Assembly: GCA_964016885.1 (NCBI GenBank)
Contig: OZ024749.1
Location: 38,750,001-38,814,000, forward strand
Direction: 5' to 3'
DNA: 64,000 nucleotides
Source of the DNA: Eledone cirrhosa
Taxonomy: Eukaryota
Shown here: positions 14,254 through 26,640 of the stretch, in pieces
Layout: each line of letters begins with the position of its first letter
Numbering within the stretch: position 1 is the first letter of the stretch
The notes under the pieces: model-generated
The model's database searches: none
What the model saw: the letters and a program-made list of their open reading frames with translations, nothing else
What the model was told of the DNA's origin: nothing
Translations under genes and position numbers: made by a program

Positions 14254-14717
14254 ATGCCAACACAAGAGCAAGTATGAAGGGTTCATTCCACTGACATGGC
14301 TATAAAATTGAGGCTTGTTTGCATAATTGCAAACGAATCGAATGTTATTATTAATATTCTAAAAACTCAGATTACATTTATTGTATTCAGCCATGTAGAG
14401 CGAAAAAAGTTTTCTTTTTTATTTATTTATGTTTTATCATTTATTTTGTTTTGACCTGTTTAGCTTGATTTGGTTTTTGGCTTGGGTGGTTAATGCTTTC
14501 TTGACCACCTTTTCAGTTTTGCATGGCTTCTTAACACATTTGTTTAGCTCTGTTTTTTAACTATTGAGCACTTTGCCAGTATCATTTCTGATTTTTGCGT
14601 TTCGCTTCGCTTTTCCTGCCCGCCGAAAATGCGATTCTCGCTGAATCTTTATTTGTATATTGAAATATATGTATATCTATTTCAATTTTAAAACTTCGCT
14701 CCAAACATATTTCTTTT

Positions 14718-14787
<70 letters not shown>

Positions 14788-14790
<3 letters not shown>

Positions 14791-14950
14791 GAAGGAAATG
14801 TGGTAAGGAATCAGGTGGACCATAACGCACCAAAGTACTCAATACTTAGGGTAGTAGAGTGGGTAATAGGAACGAGTAGGACCCCGAGTAGTCCAGAATT
14901 AGCCGTCGAAACGGCTTGAGCTTAGCCGTCGGGGTCCTACTCGTTCCTAT
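14788..14950 (-). mobile_element. Fold-back element family A
   Basis: Flanked by (TA)n; arms ATAGGAACGAGTAGGACCCCGA / TCGGGGTCCTACTCGTTCCTAT. Confidence 0.75.
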
Positions 14951-15260
14951 ATATATATGCGTCCGTTTTTTCATGCTTGGATGTATGAAGTAATGAAGCG
15001 GATTTAGGGTAGTGTGGTGGTAGAAAGGGGGTGTAGTGGACGTAATAGACTATTTAAGACAGTGGAGTTGAATAGAAAAATATTAAAAGTGGGGCAGTGG
15101 CCTAGCGTGTCCTTGTGTGGGATGTTGTGAAGGTGAGGGTTAAATAGATAAAGATATAGAGGCAGCGGGAGAGAGATAAAGAGAGGAGAGAGAAAGAGAA
15201 AGAGAAAGAGACAGAGAGAGAGGAATAAAGAGAAACATATATATATATATGTGTGTGTGT

Positions 15261-15340
<80 letters not shown>

Positions 15341-15463
15341 CTGTGTGTGTATATAAAGGCAGGTATCAACCCGACAGGACAGCGACACCTAATGGTTTCG
15401 GTTTGTATGCGACAAGCCTTCTCACCTGTATGCATGTAGGTATGCATGTGTGTGCATATATAC

Positions 15464-15533
<70 letters not shown>

Positions 15534-15538
15534 GAATG

Positions 15539-15576
<38 letters not shown>

Positions 15577-15788
15577 GGGAGGGGGTGGAGACAGACAGAC
15601 AGACAGACAGACAAATTAAACATGAATAGGTTAGTGACTTGTGGCAGTATGAATTTACTGTGTTGTTCGATAGGAGGTGGATATAGTTAAATATACATAC
15701 AAACCTACATAAACACACACACACATAAATACACACACACATACACACATTCAGACTTAGGTATGTTTATGCTGCTAAGGAGTTCGCT

Positions 15789-15850
<62 letters not shown>

Positions 15851-15915
15851 GTGTGTGTGTGTGTTTACTTTCACTATTTGTATATATTCCTTAACATTAG
15901 CTATTCGTTAAACAA

Positions 15916-16711
15916 AGAATGATAAAATAAGTATTGGTTCCTTATGATCGATTGATAGTGTTGCCTCAGTGTTGCTCAGAATGATAAAATAAGTATTGGT
16001 TCCTTATGATCGATTGATAGTGTTGCCTCAGTGTTGCTCAGAATGATAAAATAAGTATTGGTTCCTTATGATCGATTGATAGTGTTGCCTCAGTGTTGCT
16101 CAGAATGATAAAATAAGTATTGGTTCCTTATGATCGATTGATAGTGTTGCCTCAGTGTTGCTCAGAATGATAAAATAAGTATTGGTTCCTTATGATCGAT
16201 TGATAGTGTTGCCTCAGTGTTGTTCAGAATGATAAAATAAGTATTGGTTCCTTATGATCGATTGATAGTGTTGCCTCAGTGTTGCTCAGAATGATAAAAT
16301 AAGTATTGGTTCCTTATGATCGATTGATAGTGCTGCCTCAGTGTTGCTCAGAATGATAAAATAAGTATTGGTTCCTTATGATCGATTGATAGTGTTGCCT
16401 CAGTGTTGCTCAGAATGATAAAATAAGTATTGGTTCCTTATGATCGATTGATAGTGTTGCCTCAGTGTTGCTCAGAATGATAAAATAAGTATTGGTTCCT
16501 TATGATCGATTGATAGTGCTGCCTCAGTGTTGCTCAGAATGATAAAATAAATATTGGTTCCTTATGATCGATTGATAGTGTTGCCTCAGTGTTGCTCAGA
16601 ATGATAAAATACGTATTGGTTCCTTATGATCGATTGATAGTGTTGCCTCAGTGTTGCTCAGAATGATAAAATAAGTATTGGTTCCTTATGATCGATTGAT
16701 AGTGTTGCCTC
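15916..16711 (+). repeat. 62-bp minisatellite, about 13 copies
   Basis: Unit AGAATGATAAAATAAGTATTGGTTCCTTATGATCGATTGATAGTGTTGCCTCAGTGTTGCTC. Confidence 0.95.
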
Positions 16712-16737
16712 AATAAAAGAATAAGTGCATGCGTATG

Positions 16738-16804
<67 letters not shown>

Positions 16805-16916
16805 ACTAAACACCCCTTTCGGTCACATATACACCAAACCTGCCAACCTCTAAAAACCCAAACAAGGAGTACTATGAAAAAAAATGGCTCCAAAACGAGG
16901 AGAAATGAAGCAAAAC

Positions 16917-17095
16917 ATAATTGTTTCAACTTTTGGCACAAGGCCAGAAATTACCCAATACATTACTGGTACTTTATTTTATCGACCTCGTAAGGATGAA
17001 AGGCAAAGTGAACCTCGGCGGGATTTGAACTCAGACGTAACTATGCTGGAAAGCATGGCGTCCGACTCTCTACCTATACTGCCAATCCACCGCCC
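16917..17095 (-). mobile_element. SINE family 1, full length
   Basis: Consensus match ending GCCAATCCACCGCC. Confidence 0.9.
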
Positions 17096-17593
17096 CGTGG
17101 GGTGATTTTACATAATTAAAGCTCTACCCATTTTCACAAGAGATGATATCTCTCACCCACCCTAAAGTAGATGGGAGATCTCCCCGTCGGGCGAGGGGAG
17201 TTGACAGGTTCTGTCTGTATACACACAGATATACATGTATGTATCTGTGTATGTGAGAGGGGAGGCAACTCCTCGTGGTTTGCTTTTTACAAACATAAAC
17301 CTTGACATTTCCTATTTAAGTTTTAACACCGTGTCAGCCAAAATCAAAGTTATCCCAACTAGTTCAGACACTATGTAAGTATGTTTACACTATTTAATAC
17401 GTCCTTCTAAAACTGGAGAACATAATTCGAAAATAATTCAGCTGGTATTTCAAGCAGGTAGGGTGACTGCTTGGTGTATCCCTCGGTATCCTGTACATGT
17501 GTATATTTGGTCAGCTTAAAATATTTATAACCGAGTATTCTCCCTGGTAGTAGGAAATCTCTTAATGTTTCGGACGAAGCACATATGTACACA

Positions 17594-17673
<80 letters not shown>

Positions 17674-17687
17674 TTATTTATATAGAT

Positions 17688-18371
17688 ACTAGCTAAACTA
17701 CCCGTCATTTCGACCGTTCAAGTAGCTTTCGATGTAGCTCATTAAACTAAACAAAGTAAATTTGAATACATAGAAGAAAAACGTACTTTATGTAAACATG
17801 AAAACCTTGGGCACTATTCCAGCGAAATAATTAATATGTGAGCTCGGTGTCATCCGTTATACCATGTAACAACAGAAATCCAGTCTAGGTATTAATTTTT
17901 TTGACAACAGTAAAAGCGCATCATGAAATAGAGAAGTGAAGTTATGACATCACTTAATGTATGAACATCAAGCTTGAAACGATAAATTATACAATGTCAA
18001 ATCTATAACTTAACTCAGTAATCTGTTAGAAATTGCTGGTTGTGAAATATACAAAATGATATTGTTAGTCTCAAGGAAGCGTACCTTTTGTTTCAGGTAA
18101 ATTAAAATCCGAATGAGCCGAATTACGAAAGATAACTCTTGTCTTACTTAATCACGAAAATTGACACAAATAACCAAAACTTTTTTCAAGTCTCCAAAGG
18201 CGCCAATATCGATTTTTGAAAGCCTTTGTAGATCATGTACAGGTTTTGTGCCAGGAGAAGCTCTGTAAAAAATTTCAAACAAAAATCACATGAATGGTTT
18301 AGAATATATGAGCCCTCATTAAAAATTGTCCACACACATACAGAAACCTTCGTCTATATATATATACAGAT
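17688..18371 (+). mobile_element. Non-autonomous Helentron/HINE-like element
   Basis: 5' ACTAGCTAAACTACCCGTCATTTCGACCG and 3' ACACACATACAGAAACCTTCGTCTATATATATATACAGAT termini. Confidence 0.5.
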
Positions 18372-18429
18372 TTATATATATATTTATAATAAGTATGTTT
18401 TGAAACAGTGAATAGATTTGAAATTAGAG

Positions 18430-18585
18430 ATAGAATAGCTTTCACCGTATTTTTGACTAAAGAAATTTTAAAAGATGAGTATTGATGTGCATCAATACTC
18501 ATCTTTTTCCATTTATCTGAGGGTTCTAAGCCCTATTATCAGACTAAAATTTCTTTAGTCAAAAATACGGTGAAAGCTATTCTAT
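18430..18585. repeat. Nested fold-back (family D): 40-bp outer arms plus an 18-bp inner palindrome
   Basis: ATAGAATAGCTTTCACCGTATTTTTGACTAAAGAAATTTT mirrored at 18546-18585; inner AAAAGATGAGTATTGATG/CATCAATACTCATCTTTT. Confidence 0.88.
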
Positions 18586-18592
18586 ATATATT

Positions 18593-18649
<57 letters not shown>

Positions 18650-18730
18650 GGTAAACAGAAATAACAACACAATCAGTACAGTATATGGAAGGGATATATT
18701 AGGTTAACGCTTCATATAGCAAGAGGAGGG

Positions 18731-18766
18731 TCTTAACGTTTCGGACGCTAGTCCTTCATCAGAAGA
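18731..18766 (-). ncRNA. Minimal hammerhead ribozyme motif
   Basis: Minus strand TCTT-CTGATGA-AGGAC TAGC GTCC-GAAA-CGTT-AAGA; palindromic helix III, GUU triplet. Confidence 0.7.
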
Positions 18767-21732
18767 AGAGTACTCAATACTTAGCGTTGATATAATAATA
18801 ATAATTGTTTCTACTTTATGAAATTATTGTGTATAGTGCACAGATGCACAACTCGTCAAAGATACATGTATATTGCATAGAATAATGTACAAATGTTAAA
18901 AAAATGAACAGTGCACGAGTCATGAAATACATGTGTGCATGTGTATGGAGGGGGGGGGACATCAGGTGTAGTGTTGGTGAATCTCAGGAAGCACTCTTTC
19001 ACTCACTGCCTCCGTCTCTCTCGCTCTCCCCATCTCTCACTATTACAAGCAAATGGGAGTCCACGCGCTGGCCGCCCTGTGGCCCCGGCGGATGGAATAG
19101 AAAAGACGGTTCCCTGAAGGATGGTAAGTGTTTTATTGCTTACTCTCGGGTCTCGAATAATCACACACACATACACCCTCTTATTAATTTTTCAGATTTT
19201 TTCCAACCACCTCCGCTCTTATCCCCCCCCCCCCCACACACACACACACGCACACATACCAGTTATTAAATTTTGCTATTTTTGTCTCCGGCGAAATTTT
19301 ATTTTAAATGGTAATATTCCTGCATCAATGCCAAAAGCAGAACATTACAAAAAATCTCATGCATTATAAAATAAATAGAATGGGTTGGGGTCTCACTATG
19401 TAAACTAAACGACTAATTCAGGTTTTTAAAAAATCAAGTGTACAACCTAGAAAAATTATCGATTTTTCCAACTATACCGCTAATTCCAGCCCTACTATTA
19501 TTTAGAACCCGAAAATAGTCACTTAGAAGAATTATTTTCCTTGTCCTGATTTTAAAGAGTTGTTTCCCTGTTGAATTCCTCTTCATTTTGTTTTACCTGA
19601 AACAACTTTGCACGGATCATGACCAAAGATTATATCTGAAATGTTGTGTTCAAATAGATTATGCAATTTTTATCACTTAAATCCAGTACGTACTATGATT
19701 GATTGTCTAAAATATCTCTTCCACTATACTTATTCATCTTTACAAGAAACTTAACTCTTATGTTACGAAACCAGCTGGTTCCATGATAAAAAAAATATTG
19801 TTTGTTTTAAAGTGCTTGTATTTATCTAAAAACATCCCATCCTAATTTTATGAAGAACCTTTAAGTTATGTTCCAAATACCAGCTTTTGATAATGATAGC
19901 GTTAACTATTTTACTGTATCCCGAAAAATTCTTGATAATTTTCAAAATGATTCGAAAATCATAGACAGTGTCTTTCATTAAAAATATGGTAACAAAAGGA
20001 TTAATACTTTTTTACTATGAAATAAATATTGGTCACAAAATTAAATAAGAAAATTCATAATTTAGTTTAAGTAAAAATAGTGTTTTAGACACATCTGTAT
20101 TAATTCTTTTTCCTTCATGAAATAATCTCAAATATTCCAATCAGAACAACGATTATCATGAAAGATTCTGAGATAGATATAAACACTTTAAAATAAACAG
20201 CTTTGTATCATAGAACTAGGACAGGTTTCTGGTGGTATGGTGTCAAATGGGGGTAAGAAAATTTAGTTAACCAATTTGAAAAAACAACAAAGATTAAACA
20301 AGAAATATCTTCATTATTAAACTCGACCATTAATTTTTTTTTTTAAATTACCTCACAGACAAACATCGAGGTATGTTTAATCTTTATAAATCAGCAAAAG
20401 AGTATTGTATATACTGTTGTGTACTTCATGCCAGTTTATAAGACTCACCTTAATTTTACATACAACTTTCTTGGCACAATATTTGTATCGAGACAGGCTT
20501 TGCTTCTCCAGTAAAGAAGTTGCTTGCTAGTCTCCCATATATTTTCATGAATATAGCTGCAACATTATATATATATATATATATATAGTTCATACATAAA
20601 TATTCTTCATTGTACTGTGTCATTTATATATATATATAATGCTGTAAATAAACTTATATTTATTCTATTATAAATATTATGTTCTGCCTCCATTGAGGAC
20701 TAACAAGATTACTACATCTGATTATCAAATATATATATATATATGGTGAGCATGTATGTATGATTTAGTGTGTGTGTGCGTGTGTGTGAGAGAGAGAGAG
20801 TCACACCTCCATTTTACACACATTTACAGTGTGTCAAATATTTTAAACTGAAGTTGTGTGTTAAGTAGAGTGTATATGTGTGTATGTGTGTGTGTTTGTG
20901 TGTGTGTGTGTGTCACACCTCTATTTTACATAGAATATTTACGGTGTATCAAATACTTTAAATTGAAATTTTGTATGTCCAGTAGTTTTTCCCATTGTAT
21001 TTTCACAAGAACATGTGTGACCTGTACACAAATATACACAATATTGACAAAACATTTTGTCAATATTCTGTCTGATTGTTCAACAGATTTTTTCTAACGC
21101 TTCATGTTAAGTTATGTTCCAAACACCAGCTTAACAAAGAGAAAGTTGGATATGTTAGCAAATCCTTCCAAATACTTCATTATTTTCAAAATGATTTGAG
21201 AACCAAAGGCAATGTCTTTCATTAGAAATATGGTAACAAAAATGTTAATTTGTTTATACATATCTAAAAGCTTTCAATCACAATTTTATGTAAGAACATT
21301 TGTTAAGTTATCTTCCAAAACAAACTGCAGTGTACTGCAGTATTTGTATAGTTTTATTCCATTTATTTTGGGACAGTAACATCTGTTTGTGTTGCCAAAT
21401 TATATAATACTTGCTTGGATTGCGACAGATGGCAAGATAAAGAATAGAAACATATTTGTTTGTTTAACATTGTCACCAAACTTCTAAACATTGTCTTTGT
21501 CTTCCTGACAAACAATGTTTAAATAGTTGAGTTCTTTTGTTTCATTGAATATTTGGGCCTTGTTTGTAGAAATATTAATGGCAAATTTTTAACCTGTGTT
21601 AAGTAGAATATCTGATTAGAAAAATGAAAGAAGGAAGGAAACAAAGACAAGGAAAACAAAACAAAAATAAACATGAGAGGAGCAGGAAGTCACATGCTGG
21701 TCTTTCATACCAAAATTTGCATGAGAACAGGT

Positions 21733-21908
21733 ATTACTCACACCTGCAGGTAGCCAACTTTGTGCCAGTGGTGGTGAGCAAGGAGGTAGCCCTTGGGCCA
21801 AGGGCACCAGAAGTTTCCACTATCACTGGCTTGACCGCAAACCTGTCAGAGAGCGACCGATATTTGGAGAGTTAACCCTCCTTGACTCGAAGTGCAGCAT
21901 AGCCTCTG
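21733..21908 (-). mobile_element. CRE-like non-LTR retrotransposon restriction-like endonuclease fragment
   Basis: Minus frame KYRSLSDRFAVKPVIVETSGALGPRATSLL resembles the KY..L...F.P..VET.G..G..A motif of REL-type elements. Confidence 0.55.
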
Positions 21909-22265
21909 TTAGTTGATCCTAGTATATACTAGTATATACTGTGAATTGAATATAAACAGGTATAGACATATACCAGCATATATAGTACATTGAATATAAA
22001 AGGATACAGAAGAGAAAGAAAAAAAAAAAAATATGGAAATAAATGCCATGAAAAAGTTGAAACAAAATAGTTCCACCATATTTTGTTTATGAAGTTGTTC
22101 TTGTTTGCTCTTGTTTGTGTAACTGAATGTAATTACAGTAATAGTTGTTTATATTTTATCAATTTAAATAAAGAAAGTATTTAATCAACCAGTAAACTGT
22201 GTGATAGTAAATATAAATGTCCACACCTATTCCTAGTTAATAGTTTCTGCAGGACAGATGATGGT

Positions 22266-22494
22266 TTAACCCTTTAGCATTTAAACTGGCCAAAGCCAGC
22301 CAAAATTTTTTCACCTTTTTCTATTCAAACTTGATGTAACTGGCTACTCATACTTATGTTAAGGTATTGTTCTCAAAATAAATAATGTCAAAATCTCATA
22401 GATTCGATATTATGTGAGATAATTTTGTGAGGTAAAGCTTTAACCATGAAAATATAATAGTAAATAAGGAGTATTATAAATGCTAAAGGGTTAA
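22266..22494. mobile_element. piggyBac-type MITE
   Basis: TTAA-CCCTTTAGCATTTA...TAAATGCTAAAGGG-TTAA; four copies in the window. Confidence 0.88.
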
Positions 22495-22654
22495 TGAATT
22501 ATGAGTATATATTATACATACAGGGTGTTTACAAAACCAGTGTGTATGTATATATGTTTATATATAGCCACCTAAAGGTGAAGGAGGGAAATTAATTATT
22601 TAACCTAGGTCTAAAATTATGATATAATTGATTCATAGGTATTGAAATATTCTA

Positions 22655-24007
22655 TCAGTTTAATGTAGTAGCAAGGTAATAGCTTGTATCTGATTTAGGC
22701 CGAAGTTTAGCGGTTAACTTCCCAACTATAGTGTTGTTAGCATTTTTGTTTCTGTTCACTGGTTTATCTTCAGATTGGATTGAAAATAATCCTTTTTCCA
22801 TTTCTTTTTCAGTCCATTTAGTTCCTTGATTATTATTAGACTGCCTTGAGCTTAAGAATTTTTCATAGGAATTCGTTGTTCGCATAAAATCAATGTCTTC
22901 AGAAGATTTTTCTTCCTTCTTCTGGTAACGGCTTTCAGCTTTCTCATTGTTTGGTTTCATACTTATCTTAGTGTCCGCATAGCTAAAATCCCTCAAGTTG
23001 TGTCTTACTGTATTGCCTTTTATTTTGGGAGCAGATTTAAACAGCTTCTGTGATATTCTTTGACTTTTTGGTCGGTTCCGTTTAATTTCTGTGTTAGCTT
23101 TCTGCGATTGGTTTGATGGCTGGTACTGGATATTTTTACGCCATGTGTAACCATTCATTTCACTGATATCTTCCTCATCAGAAAGATACTGACCAAAATC
23201 TTCCCCATCATAATTCTTGAAGACTTGAACAGGTGAGTTTTCATTTGAGTCTGGATTACCAGAATCTTCATTTTTAAAACTGAGGGTGGCTTCCTCTTCA
23301 TCATAATCAGGATCAGGAATGAATATCTCTTCATATTCATTATCCATCAAGTTAGAATTTAAAAGATTCCTTCGAGATAGATAATCAGATTCAACCGTTG
23401 CTGTAACTGTCATTCTATTAGATAATTGGTTAGATACTTGCTTTGTTCCATCTATGTTGTTAGCATAAATCTTCTGATTTAAAGATTCATATATGGAATT
23501 ATCTTTCACTTCCATGTCTGTCTTAGAAACGTTACTTAGAGATAAATCATCAACAGTTCGAGAAATTTCATCTACTTTATGATCACTGCTCCCTGATGAA
23601 ACTAAAACATCATTGTATTCTGTTGTTGATGATTTGAGAATGTCTACTGAAGGTGAGTGATCATCATAAAGAGGATTTTCTGTACTTTTTTGGTCCGGTG
23701 ACTCAGGAACAAACGGTAGGAAATTGTTTGTATCATCCAAAGGATTGGGGGCTAAAGTATCATATACTTTTTCAAAATTACTGGACATTTCATTTCCCCC
23801 AATAGCCATAAAACCATTTGATGCTTCCATCGTATTACTATTAATTTCTGTGTAATTATCCTTACCATCAAAAGTTGTCATCTTTACTGGGTTCTTTTTA
23901 AATTTAAAAAAAGAATGTGTTGCTTTATTTGGTGAAGTGTCTTTACCGTTTACAGTCTCTGGAGAAAAACTGTTCGGTTTAAATGACTTGTTTTTCCATT
24001 TAAGCAT
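22655..24007 (-). CDS. Uncharacterised 450-aa protein, probably intrinsically disordered, with tyrosine/SH2/PTB/SH3-type motifs
   Basis: 1353-nt stop-free ORF in non-repetitive AT-rich DNA; start context TCAAAATG; upstream polypyrimidine acceptor TTTCTTTCTTCTTGCAG with exon starting at 24196. Confidence 0.8.
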   Translation of the reverse strand: MLKWKNKSFKPNSFSPETVNGKDTSPNKATHSFFKFKKNPVKMTTFDGKDNYTEINSNTMEASNGFMAIGGNEMSSNFEKVYDTLAPNPLDDTNNFLPFVPESPDQKSTENPLYDDHSPSVDILKSSTTEYNDVLVSSGSSDHKVDEISRTVDDLSLSNVSKTDMEVKDNSIYESLNQKIYANNIDGTKQVSNQLSNRMTVTATVESDYLSRRNLLNSNLMDNEYEEIFIPDPDYDEEEATLSFKNEDSGNPDSNENSPVQVFKNYDGEDFGQYLSDEEDISEMNGYTWRKNIQYQPSNQSQKANTEIKRNRPKSQRISQKLFKSAPKIKGNTVRHNLRDFSYADTKISMKPNNEKAESRYQKKEEKSSEDIDFMRTTNSYEKFLSSRQSNNNQGTKWTEKEMEKGLFSIQSEDKPVNRNKNANNTIVGKLTAKLRPKSDTSYYLATTLN

Positions 24008-24196
24008 TTTGACAAATAATTTAATTCACAACAACACCAAGCTTTAATATTTCTAAGTGATGATTGATTAAACTTTGATACACTCTGCTGTGTTCCAACT
24101 TGACGCATTCGGTTGATGTTAGCTTGTATATATAGTGATGGTTGGCTGGTAGTCGGAATATGCAGTGATGGTCGGTTGTATTCTGACACCAAGGAC

Positions 24197-24225
24197 CTGC
24201 AAGAAGAAAGAAAAATGAAAGAATT
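24197..24225 (-). promoter_or_regulatory. Splice acceptor for the exon containing the 450-aa ORF
   Basis: Minus strand TTTCATTTTTCTTTCTTCTTGCAG|GTCC. Confidence 0.65.
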
Positions 24226-25007
24226 GTTAGTTTGGATTGTTTTCAAATTTTTTAATTGATTTAGAAACATTGAATAATATCTAACATCATCGGCATCATT
24301 ATCATCATCGATATTTAACAATCTGTTAATATATATAATGATGGGAAGTAAACAAGCATAGATGAATACCATATTTTGACCAGGCAGCAGAGAATCAACA
24401 CTGAAAAACTTCCTGGTCAATATATCTTCACTGAACTTTATACAGATGAGAGCTCTCTGATGAAATCATATCTGAAGGTTTAAAATTATGTAACAAATAC
24501 CATGGAAATATGTATAACAGTTATTACATAATAAAAAAAAACCTTATTGCTTTCTACTTCAATATTACATATAAGAGGATGCTCCAGTTTTGTCAAACAT
24601 GACAACCTCTCTGCCTCAGTGTCACTCTTCTTTGTCTGCACATTGGACTACAGTTTATATTATTCTCTTCTCTGTTACTATTTCTCTATTTTCTAAATAG
24701 TTCTTCCTTTGGCTAAGCCCTTATGCATCATTTTCTCCTTTCATTTTCAGTTGACACACTTGGGATACTTTTTTATCTATATTTGTGTAATTCACCCAAA
24801 AGCATAACTTGTCCCATTTTTGTCCCTACCTGTTTTGTTATGTCCCAATGTGCACTGGAATGAATGTTATCAACCTTAATGCACACAAACCATAGTGATT
24901 TCCAAAGGTTGACTGAGGAGATGTGACTGTCCACATCTTTCCGTTGTCTTTTCCATTGTCTTTGTCTTGTGCACCCTCTATTTTGAATGTATATATATAT
25001 ATATATA

Positions 25008-25106
25008 TAGGAGAAAGTATGACCCCGACGGTAGAGCTCAAGCCGTTTCGACAGCTATTTCTGGTGTGTTATGGTCCATCTGGTTCCTTACCACAACTCC
25101 TTCGTT
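25008..25106 (+). mobile_element. Fold-back family A, internally deleted copy
   Basis: AGGAGAAAGTATGACCCCGACGG...GCCGTTTCGACAGCT joined to the TTATGGTCCA tail; (TA)n on both sides. Confidence 0.65.
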
Positions 25107-25214
25107 ATATATATATATATATCAAAAGTATATATTGAGTTAGAAACTCAAAGTAATCCCTTACAATTAAAATACCTCATGGAAAAAAGAGATTTTCCAG
25201 GCCGTGTAATATAA

Positions 25215-25377
25215 ATCAATATAATAAAGAGAGATAAACACAAGTATATACATATATGTGTTCAAATCATAAGGGACGATATTCGAATCTGGTCCCTTAT
25301 GATTTTAATCTAGTCCCTTATGATTTGAATACATATATGTATATATATCTGTGTTTATCTCTCTTTATTATATTGAT
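25215..25377. repeat. Imperfect palindrome (fold-back family G)
   Basis: ATCAATATAATAAAGAGAGATAAACAC..TCAAATCATAAGGGAC mirrored downstream. Confidence 0.8.
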
Positions 25378-25760
25378 ATTTTTTTTTTCCAGTCTCTTTC
25401 TCAACAAGGAAGATGAAAATCATTTACCTCAACACTTAATTTTAAATCTTTAATTTTTAGTTTTTAATTCTTATTAATTATTTTTAATTGTAATACTCAC
25501 CATTTGATAAGATGAATTTTACTAATACATCAAAACCTGTTCTACTTTATGTACTTTATAAGCATTATAAAACTCTTTTTTAAAAGAATTGTCCCTCTCT
25601 ATTTTTCAATAATGTCACTTTGACAAATCACAGAAAGGAAAAAAAAAGAAAAACAGACCCTTAAATATATTTTCCATGCTATTTCTAATCTCTATAATCC
25701 AATCTCTTTTCTCTATAATTACTGTTTTGTATAGAACCTTACTTCCCTTTTCAAATATAT

Positions 25761-26102
25761 ATCATCATCATCATCATCATTTTACGTCTGCTTTTCCCTG
25801 CTTGCAAGGGTGGGACGGGAACTGATTCTGGCTTGATTTCTACAGCTGGATGCCCTTCCTAACACCAACCTCATTTACAGTGAGTGCTGGGTGCTTTTTT
25901 GCCATGGCACCTCCACGACCACTTTGCAGTGGAATGATAGGGACCCCAGTCCCTATCATCTCATTTCTACAGCTGAGTAAACTGGAGCAATGTGAAATAA
26001 AGTGTCTTGCTCAAGGAAACAACACATCACCCGGTCTGAGAATTGAACTCACAACCTTTCGATTGCAAGGCCAATGCTCTAACCACTAAGCCATGTGCCT
26101 CC
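25761..26102 (-). mobile_element. CORE-type tRNA SINE family 2 with RTE-derived tail
   Basis: A box TGGCTTAGTGG, B box GAGTTCAATTC, CORE-like CCTTGAGCAAGACACTT..CAGTTTACTCAGCTGTAGAAATG, (GAT)n tail. Confidence 0.88.
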
Positions 26103-26640
26103 ATATATATATATGTATGCCAAATCCCACTCATCATGAAATATCAGTTATGCTGAGGCTATTGTAGATGACACTTCTTAACTATTCAACCACATAACCA
26201 ATCGTGTTTGTCTATTTTAAAATGTTCCCAGGGTTTGTTTTATACCAAATTTCAATGAAATATTAGTAATACTTTCTTAGTTTTTTCCCAAGAAAAGGTT
26301 TTATTCTATGCATCTTTTAAGATCCATTATAGTACTTACTAAATAACTAAGTGACTAAGCATGACATACAAAGTTGTAAACAATATGTATGACACATAAA
26401 TGAAGGTGGGCCAGAGGTAGAAATAAATAGGAATCTTAAATATTTTATCTAGGTATTAGCTGCATAAATGTGGTTAAAAGGTTTGCTTTCCAACCATATG
26501 GTTGTGGGTTCAATCCACCCCAGTATGTGGAAATTTTGAAAAGTTGACTTATATTACAGCTTGAGCTCATCAATGCCTAATGAGTGAAATTAAGCTGACG
26601 GAAGCTATATGCAGGCCCATCATATGTGTGTGCATATATA

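Noticed and set aside
23950-24420. 156-aa minus-strand ORF overlapping the start of the main ORF
   Set aside because: Non-ATG start, crosses the polypyrimidine acceptor and is in a different frame; more likely intron plus 5' UTR, though a short coding use cannot be excluded
24450-24520. Hammerhead-like CTGATGA...GAAATATGTA
   Set aside because: No convincing helix I or II; at best a decayed relic
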